Assembly: GCA_964343265.1 (NCBI GenBank)
Contig: CAYFIW010000002.1
Coordinates: forward strand, 823 to 64,822
DNA length: 64,000 bases
Direction: 5' to 3'
DNA from: an uncultured Dehalococcoidia bacterium
Lineage (GTDB): Bacteria > Chloroflexota > Dehalococcoidia > Lucifugimonadales > UBA826
The position numbers and the translations under genes were made by a program. Positions 39,689 to 49,574 of the stretch are shown piece by piece (position 1 is the stretch's first letter; each line of letters begins with the position of its first letter). The notes beneath the pieces are model-generated. The model saw only the letters and a program-made list of their open reading frames with translations. It was not told the origin of the DNA and searched no databases.

Positions 39689-39892
39689 CTATTCAAGATT
39701 GAATCTTCTTCTAAGTCTCTCTACTCGGCCTTCTGTATCAACTATACGTTGCTCTCCAGTAAAGAAAGGATGACAACTGGAACAAATTTCCACTCTTAGC
39801 TCTGATTTAGTCGCACCGGTAGTGAATTGAGCGCCACATGAGCACGTTACTGTTGCATTGGCAAAATATTCTGGATGTATATCTGATTTCAT
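39689..39892 (-). CDS. rpmE: 50S ribosomal protein L31 (Cys-containing, Zn-ribbon type)
   Basis: [13 protein letters not shown]...[10 protein letters not shown]. Confidence 0.95.
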   Translation of the reverse strand: MKSDIHPEYFANATVTCSCGAQFTTGATKSELRVEICSSCHPFFTGEQRIVDTEGRVERLRRRFNLE

Positions 39893-39895
39893 TAT

Positions 39896-40156
39896 TTATC
39901 CTGATATTGGGTATACACTTGCGTGTTTCTTACCACCAGCGAAAAGTTCGTATTTGACGGTCCCGTCTACTAGAGCGAAAAGAGTATGATCACGTCCAAG
40001 ACCTACATTGTTACCGGCCCTAATTTTAGTTCCTCGTTGACGCACTAGAATTGATCCAGCAGTGACGAATTGGGTATCGTGCATTTTTACTCCCAATCTT
40101 TTTGATTTGCTGTCCCTACCGTTTCTAGTACTACCGCCACCTTTTTTATGTGCCAT
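39896..40156 (-). CDS. rpmA: 50S ribosomal protein L27
   Basis: [16 protein letters not shown]...[11 protein letters not shown]. No N-terminal propeptide. Confidence 0.97.
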   Translation of the reverse strand: MAHKKGGGSTRNGRDSKSKRLGVKMHDTQFVTAGSILVRQRGTKIRAGNNVGLGRDHTLFALVDGTVKYELFAGGKKHASVYPISG

Positions 40157-40165
40157 TTTTCTGTC

Positions 40166-40486
40166 CTAGTTCTGAGCTATTTCGGTTATTCTTAAATCAG
40201 TATAATGCTGACGATGGCCGTTTTTTCTTCTATATCTCGTTTTTGCTTTATATTTAAAAATTACAATTTTCTTATCTCTTCCATTGGAAACCACTTCTGC
40301 TTTGACAGAGGCGCCGTTAACATTCGGGTTTCCAACCTTAACAGAACCATCAGACGAGACTAGTTTCACCTCGTCTATAGAGATTATGTCGCCTTCGTCA
40401 CATTCGATTTTTTCGACTCTGATTGTGTCTCCGGGCTTTACGCGGTATTGCTTACCGCCAGTGTCAACTATAGCAAATTCACTCAA
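40166..40486 (-). CDS. rplU: 50S ribosomal protein L21
   Basis: TTG start. FAIVDTGGKQYRV..GD, FKYKAKTRYRRKNGHRQ. Confidence 0.95.
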   Translation of the reverse strand: MSEFAIVDTGGKQYRVKPGDTIRVEKIECDEGDIISIDEVKLVSSDGSVKVGNPNVNGASVKAEVVSNGRDKKIVIFKYKAKTRYRRKNGHRQHYTDLRITEIAQN

Positions 40487-40537
40487 TGCATCACCTTATA
40501 AACAAAAGATAATTGTACATTTCCCACCTAAATTTAG

Positions 40538-41464
40538 TCAATTATTATGTGAAATATCTGTATTGAAAACTTTTTCTGGGTGCCACTCCTGCAAATTTTC
40601 ATTAAATCTCAATACGGCGACAAATCTGGATTGATTATCATAGGCAACAGCCAGTGACGAATCTGTTATAGGGAAACTTTCATTAATATACCCTATTGCG
40701 CGACCATGTTTGACCATAGTTTCGGTCTCTTCATTTAGTTGGATTCGTTGGGCTCCATTTATACAGCTTCCGGGATCCAAGATTAGCTCTTGAATATTCC
40801 CATCCGATATCATTGAAATAGTTTGATCCAAAGTCATCGCATCCTCGATCTTAAAGGGTCCGGAAGACACTCTCTTCAAGGATGACAAGAATGCACCACA
40901 CCCCAATAAATGACCAATATCATCGGCAAAGGTTCTTACGTAGAACCCCTTGCTGCACCGTATACCAACAACAATATTAGGTGAATTAAATTCTTCAAGT
41001 GAAACTTCGTATATGGTTACATTTCTTGGAGGTCTTTCAATCACCGTACCCGATCGCGCTAGTTCATACAGCCTTTTACCTTGAACTTTTAATGCACTAT
41101 GCATCGGGGGTATCTGCGTCATTTCGCCATTAAACTTGCTTAATACGTTAATGATTTCATCAATACTAATTCCCTGAGGATCACTCTTTTCAAGCGTCTT
41201 GCCCTCAGAATCATAGGTATCCGTTCTTCTACCTAGCTCTATAGTGGCGATATAGCTTTTGTCACCGTTCAATATGTATTCTAATAATCTTGTGGAGGTG
41301 CCTATTGCTATTGGGATTACTCCAGAAGCCATGGGGTCTAGAGTTCCACCATGACCGACCTTTTTTATGCCAGTTGATTTTTTTATCTCTCGAACTACAT
41401 CCATCGATGTAATACCGATTGGTTTATTTATGTTGAGTAGTCCGGTGATCATCGGTGTAGTCAA
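40538..41464 (-). CDS. truB: tRNA pseudouridine-55 synthase
   Basis: GLLNINKPIGITSMDVV, the catalytic Asp in GHGGTLDPMASGV, and a C-terminal PUA-like region. Confidence 0.93.
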   Translation of the reverse strand: MTTPMITGLLNINKPIGITSMDVVREIKKSTGIKKVGHGGTLDPMASGVIPIAIGTSTRLLEYILNGDKSYIATIELGRRTDTYDSEGKTLEKSDPQGISIDEIINVLSKFNGEMTQIPPMHSALKVQGKRLYELARSGTVIERPPRNVTIYEVSLEEFNSPNIVVGIRCSKGFYVRTFADDIGHLLGCGAFLSSLKRVSSGPFKIEDAMTLDQTISMISDGNIQELILDPGSCINGAQRIQLNEETETMVKHGRAIGYINESFPITDSSLAVAYDNQSRFVAVLRFNENLQEWHPEKVFNTDISHNN

Positions 41465-41496
41465 AATAACCTGGTAAAGAGTGTTGAATAAAGTTT

Positions 41497-41853
41497 TTAG
41501 TCTTGTTCTGGATTCGATTCGATTTCAGCTAGCAATTTTGAGATCTGCTCGCCTTTGTCAAATGAGTCATCCAATATGAATCTGATACGGGGAATTGACC
41601 TTATTGTGAGTTCACTGCGAAGTTCCCGTTCGATAAAGGCTCTAGCTGATATAAGTCCTTTTAAAGTTTTTGTTTTTTCTATTTCTGACCCAAATACCGA
41701 AATGTAAACTGACGCTGTTTGCAGATTTCGGGAAGTGTCAACATGAACCACGGAAATGACCTTTGCAAGCCGGGGATCTTTAACATCACTCATTATGATC
41801 CGGCCGATTTCTTTCTTAAGGAGTGAATTTACGCTGTCGATACGGTCATGCAT
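41497..41853 (-). CDS. rbfA: Ribosome-binding factor A
   Basis: 118 aa. RIDSVNSLLKKEIGRII...DPRL...VSVVHVDTSRNLQTASVY. Confidence 0.9.
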   Translation of the reverse strand: MHDRIDSVNSLLKKEIGRIIMSDVKDPRLAKVISVVHVDTSRNLQTASVYISVFGSEIEKTKTLKGLISARAFIERELRSELTIRSIPRIRFILDDSFDKGEQISKLLAEIESNPEQD

Positions 41854-41900
41854 TGTACTGGTCCAATTAATCGTAATGCGACATCTTTACAGGATGGCTA

Positions 41901-43718
41901 TTATTGAACCTTTTCGACTGTGTAAGCTTCTAAGATGTCGTTCTCTTCAAAGTCGTTATATCCATCCACCGCAACACCGCCTTCAAATCCTGTCGCCACT
42001 TCCCGTACATCGTCTTTAAAGTGTTTAAGAGTTGATATAGGACCTACAAACATCTCTTCTCCACCCCTCAAAACGTGTATTATTGCATCCCTTGTTATTT
42101 TTCCGTCATTGACGTAAATCCCAGCTACTTTTGAGCGTCGACCCAGATTGAATACAGCTCTCACAGCAGCTCTTCCTATATAAACGTCTTCATAAACTGG
42201 CTCCAATAACCCGTCCAGAGCTTTGCTAACATCCTCAATCAGATGATAGATCACGTCATAGTGTCTTATTTCAACATTTTCTTGATTTGCCAAGCTTTGG
42301 GCACCACCTTCAGGGACACTATTGAAACCGATTATGACCGCTTCTGATGCTACGGCTAATAGGACATCTCTCTCTGTAATTCCCCCGCTGGCGATGTGGA
42401 TCAGATTAACCCTCGTATCAGCTGAGTTCAAATTTTCAAGGGCGTTTTTAACAGGTTCTATTGTTCCTTGAACATCTGTTTTAATTATTAAATCAACTTG
42501 ACGTACTTCATCCATTGGCCTTCTGGCGTGAGCATCTTGGAGAGTAATAGCTTCTCTTGATGCTTGGTCCTGCAAATCCTCCACCATTTTCTTAGCTATC
42601 CGTTCGTTCTCAACGGCATCAAGTATTATTCCCGCTTCTGGTACGTTGTTAATACCCATTATTTCTACGGGTTCTGAAGGCCCTGCCTCTTCAATGCGAG
42701 CACCTTTATCGTCAAACATTGCACGAATTCGACCGTGCACCTCGCCCATTACAACCGTATCCCCCTGCCTGAGTGTCCCGGTTTGAATTAAAACAGTTGC
42801 AATGGTGCCTCGACTTTTTTCTTTTCTAGCTTCCACAACCACCCCTCTAGCTGCTCTAGAAGGATTGGCTCTTAATTCTCCGATTTCTGCGACCAATTGT
42901 ATGTTCTCAAGTAGGTCAGGAATCCCATCACCTGTTATACCAGATAGAGGGACTGCGATTATATCTCCTCCCCACTGCTCCACTATTAATTCATGCTCTG
43001 ATAGCTGTCTGTATACATCATCCACGTTCGCAGCTGGAACATCAGTTTTTGTAACGGCTATTATCATTGGAACACTAGCCGCTCTTGCATGGTCAATAGC
43101 TTCTATAGTTTGAGGCATTACTCCATCATCTGCTGCTACCACTAAGACCACGATATCTGTTACTTGGGCTCCTCTTGCTCTCATTGTTGTGAAGGCTTCA
43201 TGGCCAGGAGTATCTAAAAACGTTATCGGATTATCTTGATAGTCTATTTGGTATGCTGCTATGTGCTGGGTTATTCCGCCAGCTTCTCCATCTACTACGT
43301 GGGTCTTCCTGATACTGTCTAAAAGTGTAGTTTTGCCGTGATCAACATGCCCCAAGATAGTGACTATAGGAGGCCTTGTTACAAGCGTTTTCGGGTCTTC
43401 ATTTTCGACTCCAATAGTCAAAGAAGTCGCTTCAGGTACAGAGAGATCAATTTCATTAGCTTGGAATCCAAACAGTTGGACAACAATAGAAGCAATATCA
43501 CGTTCTATCATATCGTTAACGGCGAACATGTAACCGCCCCTCATCAGTCCTTTGACGACTTCAACCGCATTCACACCCATCATATCTGCGAGATCACCGA
43601 CCATCACCACTGATGGTATATCAAGTGTCAGATGATCTTCTAAATTTGTGTCTGTGGAGTTGGTTGTCATCTGGTTCGTTTGGGTTCCTTCAGTATAACT
43701 GTTTATAGAGACATTCAT
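41901..43718 (-). CDS. infB: Translation initiation factor IF-2 (short N-terminal region)
   Basis: G domain motifs [17 protein letters not shown] and TKTD. C-terminal domains are conserved. Confidence 0.96.
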   Translation of the reverse strand: MNVSINSYTEGTQTNQMTTNSTDTNLEDHLTLDIPSVVMVGDLADMMGVNAVEVVKGLMRGGYMFAVNDMIERDIASIVVQLFGFQANEIDLSVPEATSLTIGVENEDPKTLVTRPPIVTILGHVDHGKTTLLDSIRKTHVVDGEAGGITQHIAAYQIDYQDNPITFLDTPGHEAFTTMRARGAQVTDIVVLVVAADDGVMPQTIEAIDHARAASVPMIIAVTKTDVPAANVDDVYRQLSEHELIVEQWGGDIIAVPLSGITGDGIPDLLENIQLVAEIGELRANPSRAARGVVVEARKEKSRGTIATVLIQTGTLRQGDTVVMGEVHGRIRAMFDDKGARIEEAGPSEPVEIMGINNVPEAGIILDAVENERIAKKMVEDLQDQASREAITLQDAHARRPMDEVRQVDLIIKTDVQGTIEPVKNALENLNSADTRVNLIHIASGGITERDVLLAVASEAVIIGFNSVPEGGAQSLANQENVEIRHYDVIYHLIEDVSKALDGLLEPVYEDVYIGRAAVRAVFNLGRRSKVAGIYVNDGKITRDAIIHVLRGGEEMFVGPISTLKHFKDDVREVATGFEGGVAVDGYNDFEENDILEAYTVEKVQ

Positions 43719-43810
43719 TACCTACTGTGATGCTACGGATAAACTATTTTCTTTGCAAATGTTTCTAAGGAGCACCACTTAATTAGGTGTGGTTTTTTGT
43801 ATATACGTTC

Positions 43811-45415
43811 CTAGCGTCTCTTTTTGGCAGGTCTTGTTTTTTTATTGCGATTTCCCTGTTGAGGAGGCGTCCGCTTTCCTTTTCGAGCCGTCACTCCTCC
43901 ACGAAGATCTTCAATATCTTCAGCGAACCTAATCATTCCACCACCTTGGGAAGATCCAGATCCAGCCCTGTGAATTGACCATATGTCTTCTGGTAATTCA
44001 CTTATATCGGAACCGAGAGATGAATCCTCTTCATCTTCTGATTCTTCGTTCTCTTCCAACAATAGTAACTCTTCTTCGGGAGTTAGAGAGTTGCTAGAAT
44101 CGTCCTCTTTGATCTCTTGCTCTTTTTGAAATTCTTCCTCCGCTATCAATGCCAGTAACTCTGCATCTTCATCAACTACTTCAGTGATAGTAGAATCACT
44201 CGATGATTCTAAGGTGGCTTCAGGGGAAGCCACACCAACTTCGACAATCTCATTACTGAGGTTGTCCACCACGGCATCAATCAGGCCTTCGTTGTCCAAC
44301 ACATCATCCTGATGCTCTACTGAATCACCTTCTGCAGTTGACTTATCTTCTTCGACGGGGGCCATTTTGGACAGGTCTACCTCGAGGTCACTTTTGATGT
44401 CTACCTTCCAGCCAGCCAATTTCGCTGCCAGTCGGGCATTTTGTCCCTCTTTTCCTATGGCCAATGACAAATGCCTGTCAGGAACTATTGCCACTGCATT
44501 ACCAGTTTCATTGTCTACGTCTACCCTGTGAACCTGTGATGGGCTTAATGCATTCGCGATGTACCTGTTCGGCTCTTTACTCCATTCCAGTATATCTATC
44601 TTTTCGCCCTGTAACTCATTGACGATACTCTGTATTCTCACTCCTCTTAGGCCCACGCAGGAGCCGACAGGATCTACTCCGTCCTGGCGAGCTCTCACAG
44701 CAACTTTACTTCTTGAACCGCTTTCCCGTGCGATTCCGACAATTTCAACTGCACCACTAAAAATCTCGGGGACTTCCTGCTCAAACAATCTTCTAAGAAG
44801 GAGTTCGTCGGTTCTCGACACAATCAATTCAGGTCCTTTTAAAGACTCTTTGTCGATGGCCTGAAGAAGGACCTTAACTTTAGATCCTTGCCTGTACCTC
44901 TCTGAGGTAACTTGTTGGCTTATCGGCAATATTGCTTCTGTTCTGCCAGTATCCACGACTATTTTTGTGGGTTCGATTCGTTGAATCGTAACCGTCATAA
45001 CTTCGCCTTCTCGCCCTTCATATTCGGAGAGAACTATCTCTTTTTCCGCTTCTCTGAGGCGTTGGAGAACTACTTGCTTTGCAGTCTGTGCAGCTATTCG
45101 ACCTGCACTGTTAGGAATCTCTTCAGTGGCGATCGTATCTCCGACAGCGTGAGCATTCCCATATTTTTGTTGTGCTTCTGAGACACTTATCTCTTGTAAA
45201 GGGTCTTCCACTACATCCACAATCGTCTTCATGATGTCGACCCTTATGTCTCCAGACCCAGGATCTAATCTCACAGATATATTTCTGCCTTCAGTGACAC
45301 TGTCTTTTTTGAAAGCAGACACTAGAGCGGCTTCTATTGCAGACATTACCTTGTCTCTAGGTAAATTGCGCTCGGCTGCCAGCTGTGTCAAAGCGACGAG
45401 AAAATCACTCTTCAT
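43811..45415 (-). CDS. nusA: Transcription termination/antitermination factor NusA with an atypical acidic-then-basic C-terminal tail
   Basis: NTD, S1 (GEVMTVTIQRIE) and KH1/KH2 (VGSCVGLRGVRIQSI...AIGKEGQNARLAAKLAGWKVDI). These are followed by ~190 aa of low-complexity acidic sequence ending in KGKRTPPQQGNRNKKTRPAKKRR. Confidence 0.95.
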   Translation of the reverse strand: MKSDFLVALTQLAAERNLPRDKVMSAIEAALVSAFKKDSVTEGRNISVRLDPGSGDIRVDIMKTIVDVVEDPLQEISVSEAQQKYGNAHAVGDTIATEEIPNSAGRIAAQTAKQVVLQRLREAEKEIVLSEYEGREGEVMTVTIQRIEPTKIVVDTGRTEAILPISQQVTSERYRQGSKVKVLLQAIDKESLKGPELIVSRTDELLLRRLFEQEVPEIFSGAVEIVGIARESGSRSKVAVRARQDGVDPVGSCVGLRGVRIQSIVNELQGEKIDILEWSKEPNRYIANALSPSQVHRVDVDNETGNAVAIVPDRHLSLAIGKEGQNARLAAKLAGWKVDIKSDLEVDLSKMAPVEEDKSTAEGDSVEHQDDVLDNEGLIDAVVDNLSNEIVEVGVASPEATLESSSDSTITEVVDEDAELLALIAEEEFQKEQEIKEDDSSNSLTPEEELLLLEENEESEDEEDSSLGSDISELPEDIWSIHRAGSGSSQGGGMIRFAEDIEDLRGGVTARKGKRTPPQQGNRNKKTRPAKKRR

Positions 45416-45447
45416 TTTAGGCTACCTCCTGCTTTCAAATGCCCTTT

Positions 45448-45478
45448 ATAACAAAGAAAGTGGGGGACACCCACTTTC
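45448..45478 (-). terminator. Terminator-like hairpin in the nusA 5' leader (candidate attenuator)
   Basis: On the minus strand the sequence is GAAAGTGGG-TGTCC-CCCACTTTC, a perfect 9-bp stem at 45456-45478. TTTGTTAT follows. It lies ~40 nt upstream of the nusA ATG and downstream of the candidate promoter at 45509-45538. Confidence 0.5.
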
Positions 45479-45508
45479 AAATAAAAATATGCATATTACA
45501 ACGCAATG

Positions 45509-45538
45509 ATTATAGCATTTCGTAAAGGATTAGAACAA
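45509..45538 (-). promoter_or_regulatory. Candidate sigma70-type promoter for nusA-infB-rbfA-truB
   Basis: Minus strand: TTGTTC (45538-45533), an 18-nt spacer, then TGcTATAAT (perfect -10 at 45514-45509 with an extended TG). Confidence 0.45.
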
Positions 45539-45682
45539 CTACCAACGTAGTTAAGGATGTTGTGCGCTTTGAAGTTAGATAATATGGGACAGGACTAAGA
45601 CAAATTTAGATTATCAGAACAGCAAACAACTGGTTATAAATATTAAACATTTGATAATTTATGTCGCTAGAGAAGGGGAATA

Positions 45683-46483
45683 GTGATAATAAAATTAATA
45701 GCAAAAACAACCTTAATGAATTTGATGCTGGTGACTTTTTTTTGTGCCTTAAGTTGCGGCCTGAAAAATGACTCCAATACACTTCTTGTATATTCGGCGG
45801 CAAGCCTTACGAATATTGTCTTAGAGACACAAGAAAAATTTGAACGCGATAGAAACATTAAATTGGCCTTCAATTTTGGAGGATCTCAAATGCTAGCAAG
45901 CGAGATAGCTAATGGAGCGCCAGGAGATATTTATGTGTCGGCAGGTCATCAGCCAATGGATTTTTTGGCTAAGCGTGGAGATATTGACATAAAGTTAATG
46001 CGACCCATTATTGGAAACAAACTGATAGTTGCGGTTAGAGAGGATTCTGAATACACCGATATAGACTCATTGGATCAACTAGTTTTAATGGACAGGATCG
46101 CTATAGCCGATCCAGAGCTAGCACCTGCGGGTAAATACGCTAAAGAGGCCCTCATTTCCACTTCAATGATGGACAAAATATCTGACAAATTAATTCACGG
46201 TCATGATGTGAGGGTAGCATTAGCGTACTTAGAGATGGGAAATGTTGATGCGGCGATTGTCTATTCAACAGATATGGCGGCTGCGACAGGAGTGATTTCA
46301 AAGGATTTGATACCACAAACTTCTTATGAACCAATTGTCTATTTGGGGGTAGTCATACCTCGCTCTGAAAACAAAAAAATCGCTCTGGATTATCTGGATT
46401 TTTTAGGTAGTGAGTCGACGATGAGAAAATTACTATCGCAAGGATTCTCCGAAATACCTCCAGAAAATCGGATGAAAAATTAG
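45683..46483 (+). CDS. modA: Molybdate ABC transporter substrate-binding protein (lipoprotein-like signal)
   Basis: GTG start with a GAAGGGGA RBS. Signal sequence ending FFCALSCG. Also AASL, FNFGGSQML, and APAGKYAKEAL. Confidence 0.88.
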   Translation: MIIKLIAKTTLMNLMLVTFFCALSCGLKNDSNTLLVYSAASLTNIVLETQEKFERDRNIKLAFNFGGSQMLASEIANGAPGDIYVSAGHQPMDFLAKRGDIDIKLMRPIIGNKLIVAVREDSEYTDIDSLDQLVLMDRIAIADPELAPAGKYAKEALISTSMMDKISDKLIHGHDVRVALAYLEMGNVDAAIVYSTDMAAATGVISKDLIPQTSYEPIVYLGVVIPRSENKKIALDYLDFLGSESTMRKLLSQGFSEIPPENRMKN

Positions 46484-46488
46484 TATTT

Positions 46489-47160
46489 ATGTTGCTTGAG
46501 ATCAGCCTCCTAACATTTCAAGTTGCGATAGTCGCAACAGCAATAAATTTTCCTTTTGCAATACTGGTGGGTTGGCTGATAGGGCGAAAAAATATTAGGG
46601 GATCTATGTTCTTAGAGATATTGGTATCTTTGCCTCTAGCGTTACCTCCAGTCGTAGTAGGTTATGCACTTTTGATTGCTTTTGGAGAGAGAGGCCCTAT
46701 AGGCTCTTTAACAAGTTCGTTGTTTGGTTTTGAGTTGGTATTCACTTGGTTTGCAGCAGCTATTGCTGCGGCTATTGTTTCATTCCCATTGATGGTCAGA
46801 TCGATTATTGTGTCCATGTCTTCAATAGATGATCAGCTGGAGAATTCAGCAAGAGCGTTAGGTGCTGGACCAGTAAGAACTTTCTTAACTGTCACAATTC
46901 CTCTTTCCTACCATGGAATAGTTGCTGGACTTTTGTTAGGTTTCGTCCGGTCACTGAGTGAGTTTGGAGCAACAATTATTGTAGCTGGTAACATACCGGG
47001 TCGTACTCAAACGTTGCCTTTGGCTTTGTTTAGTAAGATACAGCTTGGTGAAAATGGTGAAGCAGTGAGGCTTATGATTGCTTGCATTGTGCTAGCTATA
47101 ATAACGCTTGCAGTACATCATTTTTTGCTATCTAAATCAAATACAAAAACATCAAAGTGA
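46489..47160 (+). CDS. modB: Molybdate ABC transporter permease
   Basis: 223 aa, multi-TM. EAA-type loop ENSARALGAGPVRTFLTVTIPL. Confidence 0.9.
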   Translation: MLLEISLLTFQVAIVATAINFPFAILVGWLIGRKNIRGSMFLEILVSLPLALPPVVVGYALLIAFGERGPIGSLTSSLFGFELVFTWFAAAIAAAIVSFPLMVRSIIVSMSSIDDQLENSARALGAGPVRTFLTVTIPLSYHGIVAGLLLGFVRSLSEFGATIIVAGNIPGRTQTLPLALFSKIQLGENGEAVRLMIACIVLAIITLAVHHFLLSKSNTKTSK

Positions 47161-47173
47161 AGTGATGATTTAG

Positions 47174-48247
47174 ATGCTAGAAATAGATATTTCCAAAAAC
47201 CAAGGTGACTTCAGGCTCCTATGTGACGTCTATATTTCTACAGGTATTACAGCTATTTATGGCCCATCAGGAAGTGGAAAGACAACTTTATTAAATTGTG
47301 TGGCCGGTTTTACGACACCTGATAGTGGAAAAATTATGATGTCAGACCATATTTTCTTCTCAAAAGAGAAAAAAATTAATGTTCCGGTTGAAAAAAGAAG
47401 ACTAGGGTATGTTTTACAGGAATCGGGTTTATTTCCTCATTTAACTGTTCACAAGAACATTAAATACGGCTATGAACTCACTTCTGATAATAGTAAAAAA
47501 TACGATTTGGATTACTTGATTGAGATGCTTGCTATAGAGCCATTATTAGAGAGAGACGTGGCTAGTTTGTCTGGTGGAGAAAGGCAAAGAGTTGCATTAG
47601 CGAGATCTTTGGCGACTTCACCTCAGTTACTCCTATTGGATGAGCCCATGGCGTCAATAGACGCACGATTTCGAGGATTTTTAATCCATCAATTGAAAAA
47701 GATGTCTTTGGAAATAGGTATTCCAATGATTTACGTTTCCCATTCATTATCGGAGGTAATGGTACTGGCTAATAATGCGATAGTGATGAAAAATGGTGCC
47801 GTAATAGCGCAAGGTGAACCGAACATACTTTTTACGACCCCAGAGGTAACTGGGTTAACTGACTTTAGTTCATATGAAAATCTGGTTGAGGCGTCCGTAT
47901 TAGAATCTGATCAAACTGCTAACATAACAACTGTCGCGCTAGGGGATCATTTTTTTTATTTACCTTTTCACGATCTTCAAGTCGGACAAAAAGTATTTCT
48001 CTCAGTTAGGGCCTCTGATGCGATACTAAGTATTGCTCCATTATCGGGCACAAGTGCCCGCAACATTGTCGAGGCTAGAATAACTTCAATCTACGTTGCT
48101 GACAAAGTAGTATTGATAGAGTGTTACTTTGGGGTAAAAATATTTGTGGAAATAACTCATCAATCTTTCGAAGAGTTGGGACTTGTGCAGGGATCGAGTA
48201 TCTACGTAGTTATAAAGGCGAACGCTATTACCCTTCTTGACGCATAG
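47174..48247 (+). CDS. modC: Molybdate ABC transporter ATP-binding protein with C-terminal TOBE/Mop domain
   Basis: Walker A GPSGSGKTT, signature LSGGERQRVALARSL, Walker B LLLLDEP. About 120-aa C-terminal beta domain. Confidence 0.9.
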   Translation: MLEIDISKNQGDFRLLCDVYISTGITAIYGPSGSGKTTLLNCVAGFTTPDSGKIMMSDHIFFSKEKKINVPVEKRRLGYVLQESGLFPHLTVHKNIKYGYELTSDNSKKYDLDYLIEMLAIEPLLERDVASLSGGERQRVALARSLATSPQLLLLDEPMASIDARFRGFLIHQLKKMSLEIGIPMIYVSHSLSEVMVLANNAIVMKNGAVIAQGEPNILFTTPEVTGLTDFSSYENLVEASVLESDQTANITTVALGDHFFYLPFHDLQVGQKVFLSVRASDAILSIAPLSGTSARNIVEARITSIYVADKVVLIECYFGVKIFVEITHQSFEELGLVQGSSIYVVIKANAITLLDA

Positions 48248-48270
48248 TGAGTGATAATTGTGTTTCTGAG

Positions 48271-49530
48271 TTAAATCAACGACTCGCCATTTCTTTTTAC
48301 TAATTTCCCTTGTGCGATAACAGTGTCGACATTATGTAAGGCGGATATTTTTGTTAAAGGATTGTTTTTCAGAATTAAAATATCCGCAGATTTTTCAACT
48401 TCCAGCGTCCCAAATTTATCATCAAGGCCAAGACATTCAGCGGATATTCTAGTTGAGCAAAATATCGCCTCCATAGGACTGATACCCATCTCATTCACCA
48501 TTATCTCAGGTATGTAGGCAAAATCCCCGAATCTGGCATTTGTCATTCCTGAATCCATACCTGTTACAAATTTCACTCCTTTGTCCCACATATCCCTCAA
48601 TATTTCAAACCTCCGTACAGGGTCACTTGTCGATCCTGGACCAGGCGTTATTACCCTACCTCTCATTTTGTTTAGGTGAGACAATGCTAAAGTTGGATCG
48701 ACATAAATGCCCATATCTGAAATTTGCTTGGCCACATCTGGCCTGTAATCGTAGATTGCTCTCGGATCCTGAGATAGCCATGAACAATGTATAAGGTTAT
48801 GGACTCCTGCATTCACACAATTGATAACTCCCTGTGTTGCGTGACAATGAGCGGAGACTTTTAAACCAAGTCTTTCGGAGTCTTCTACTGCGGTCTTTAG
48901 TATCTGACTGCTGTATTGTGGTGCTCGTACATTCGTTCCAGGGGTGAAGCCTCCACCAGTGGAAATAATTTTGATGTGATCTGCTCCCAGTTTGAATTGC
49001 TGTCTTACTGCCTTCGTCACCTCATCTTCAGTATCTGCTTCGCTGCCAAACATGTTGCAATGCCCGCCAGTGGTTGTGATTGGTGTACCTGCCACTAGGA
49101 GTCTTGGTCCTGGTATTATCCCGGACCGAATACTTTCTCTTAGAGGGAAAACAACTTCATTTTTACTGCCTAGATCTCTCATTGTGGTCACACCTGAGAG
49201 TAGGGCATCTCTTACTGCCTTTGTGCCCCTGGTTAAAAGTATTTCGTTGCTTTCAGTGGTAGCGTGGTGGTAAGCATTCGTTTCAGCACTGCAATGGATG
49301 TGTGAATGCATTTCTATAAATCCGGGCATAATCACGCCATCAGGATCTTCTATTAGATAGGAGTTCTCTGTGTCTTCGTGAGTTAATTCATCCTGATGGC
49401 ATATTTTGGAGATTGTCGAGTTTTCTATAACGACGGCTTGATTTTTCAAAGGAGAATCACTTATCCCGTCTATAGTCAATCCAGCTTTCAAAATTGTCTT
49501 CATACTTTGTGTCTCCAGGATTGTATGCAT
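48271..49530 (-). CDS. Metal-dependent amidohydrolase superfamily protein
   Basis: 419 aa. HxH motif (EMHSHIH), a later SAHCH, and a C-terminal FGTLEVEKSADILIL typical of amidohydrolase_1/3. Confidence 0.8.
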   Translation of the reverse strand: MHTILETQSMKTILKAGLTIDGISDSPLKNQAVVIENSTISKICHQDELTHEDTENSYLIEDPDGVIMPGFIEMHSHIHCSAETNAYHHATTESNEILLTRGTKAVRDALLSGVTTMRDLGSKNEVVFPLRESIRSGIIPGPRLLVAGTPITTTGGHCNMFGSEADTEDEVTKAVRQQFKLGADHIKIISTGGGFTPGTNVRAPQYSSQILKTAVEDSERLGLKVSAHCHATQGVINCVNAGVHNLIHCSWLSQDPRAIYDYRPDVAKQISDMGIYVDPTLALSHLNKMRGRVITPGPGSTSDPVRRFEILRDMWDKGVKFVTGMDSGMTNARFGDFAYIPEIMVNEMGISPMEAIFCSTRISAECLGLDDKFGTLEVEKSADILILKNNPLTKISALHNVDTVIAQGKLVKRNGESLI

Positions 49531-49574
49531 CTAGTCGCTCGCCACATTATAAGGGCTTTGAATAGGATGTTTTC

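Noticed and set aside
43765-43800. Hairpin plus T-run (GCACC-ACTTAATTA-GGTGT-GGTTTTTT) in the nusA-infB spacer.
   Set aside because: The T-run follows the hairpin only on the plus strand, where nothing is transcribed into it. On the coding (minus) strand it is a weak 5-bp stem with no U-tract.
45636-45662. Inverted repeat ATAAAT-N15-ATTTAT just upstream of modA, considered as a possible ModE-type operator. I also looked for a Moco riboswitch.
   Set aside because: The arms are 6 bp of pure A/T in an AT-rich promoter region, so the repeat is expected by chance. No ModE gene is in the window. No conserved Moco-motif elements were recognised in 45416-45682.
45606-45873. Two minus-strand ORFs (65 and 68 aa) spanning the modA promoter and 5' end.
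   Set aside because: They overlap the well-supported modA signal peptide region and the AT-rich intergenic DNA. The sequences look random.
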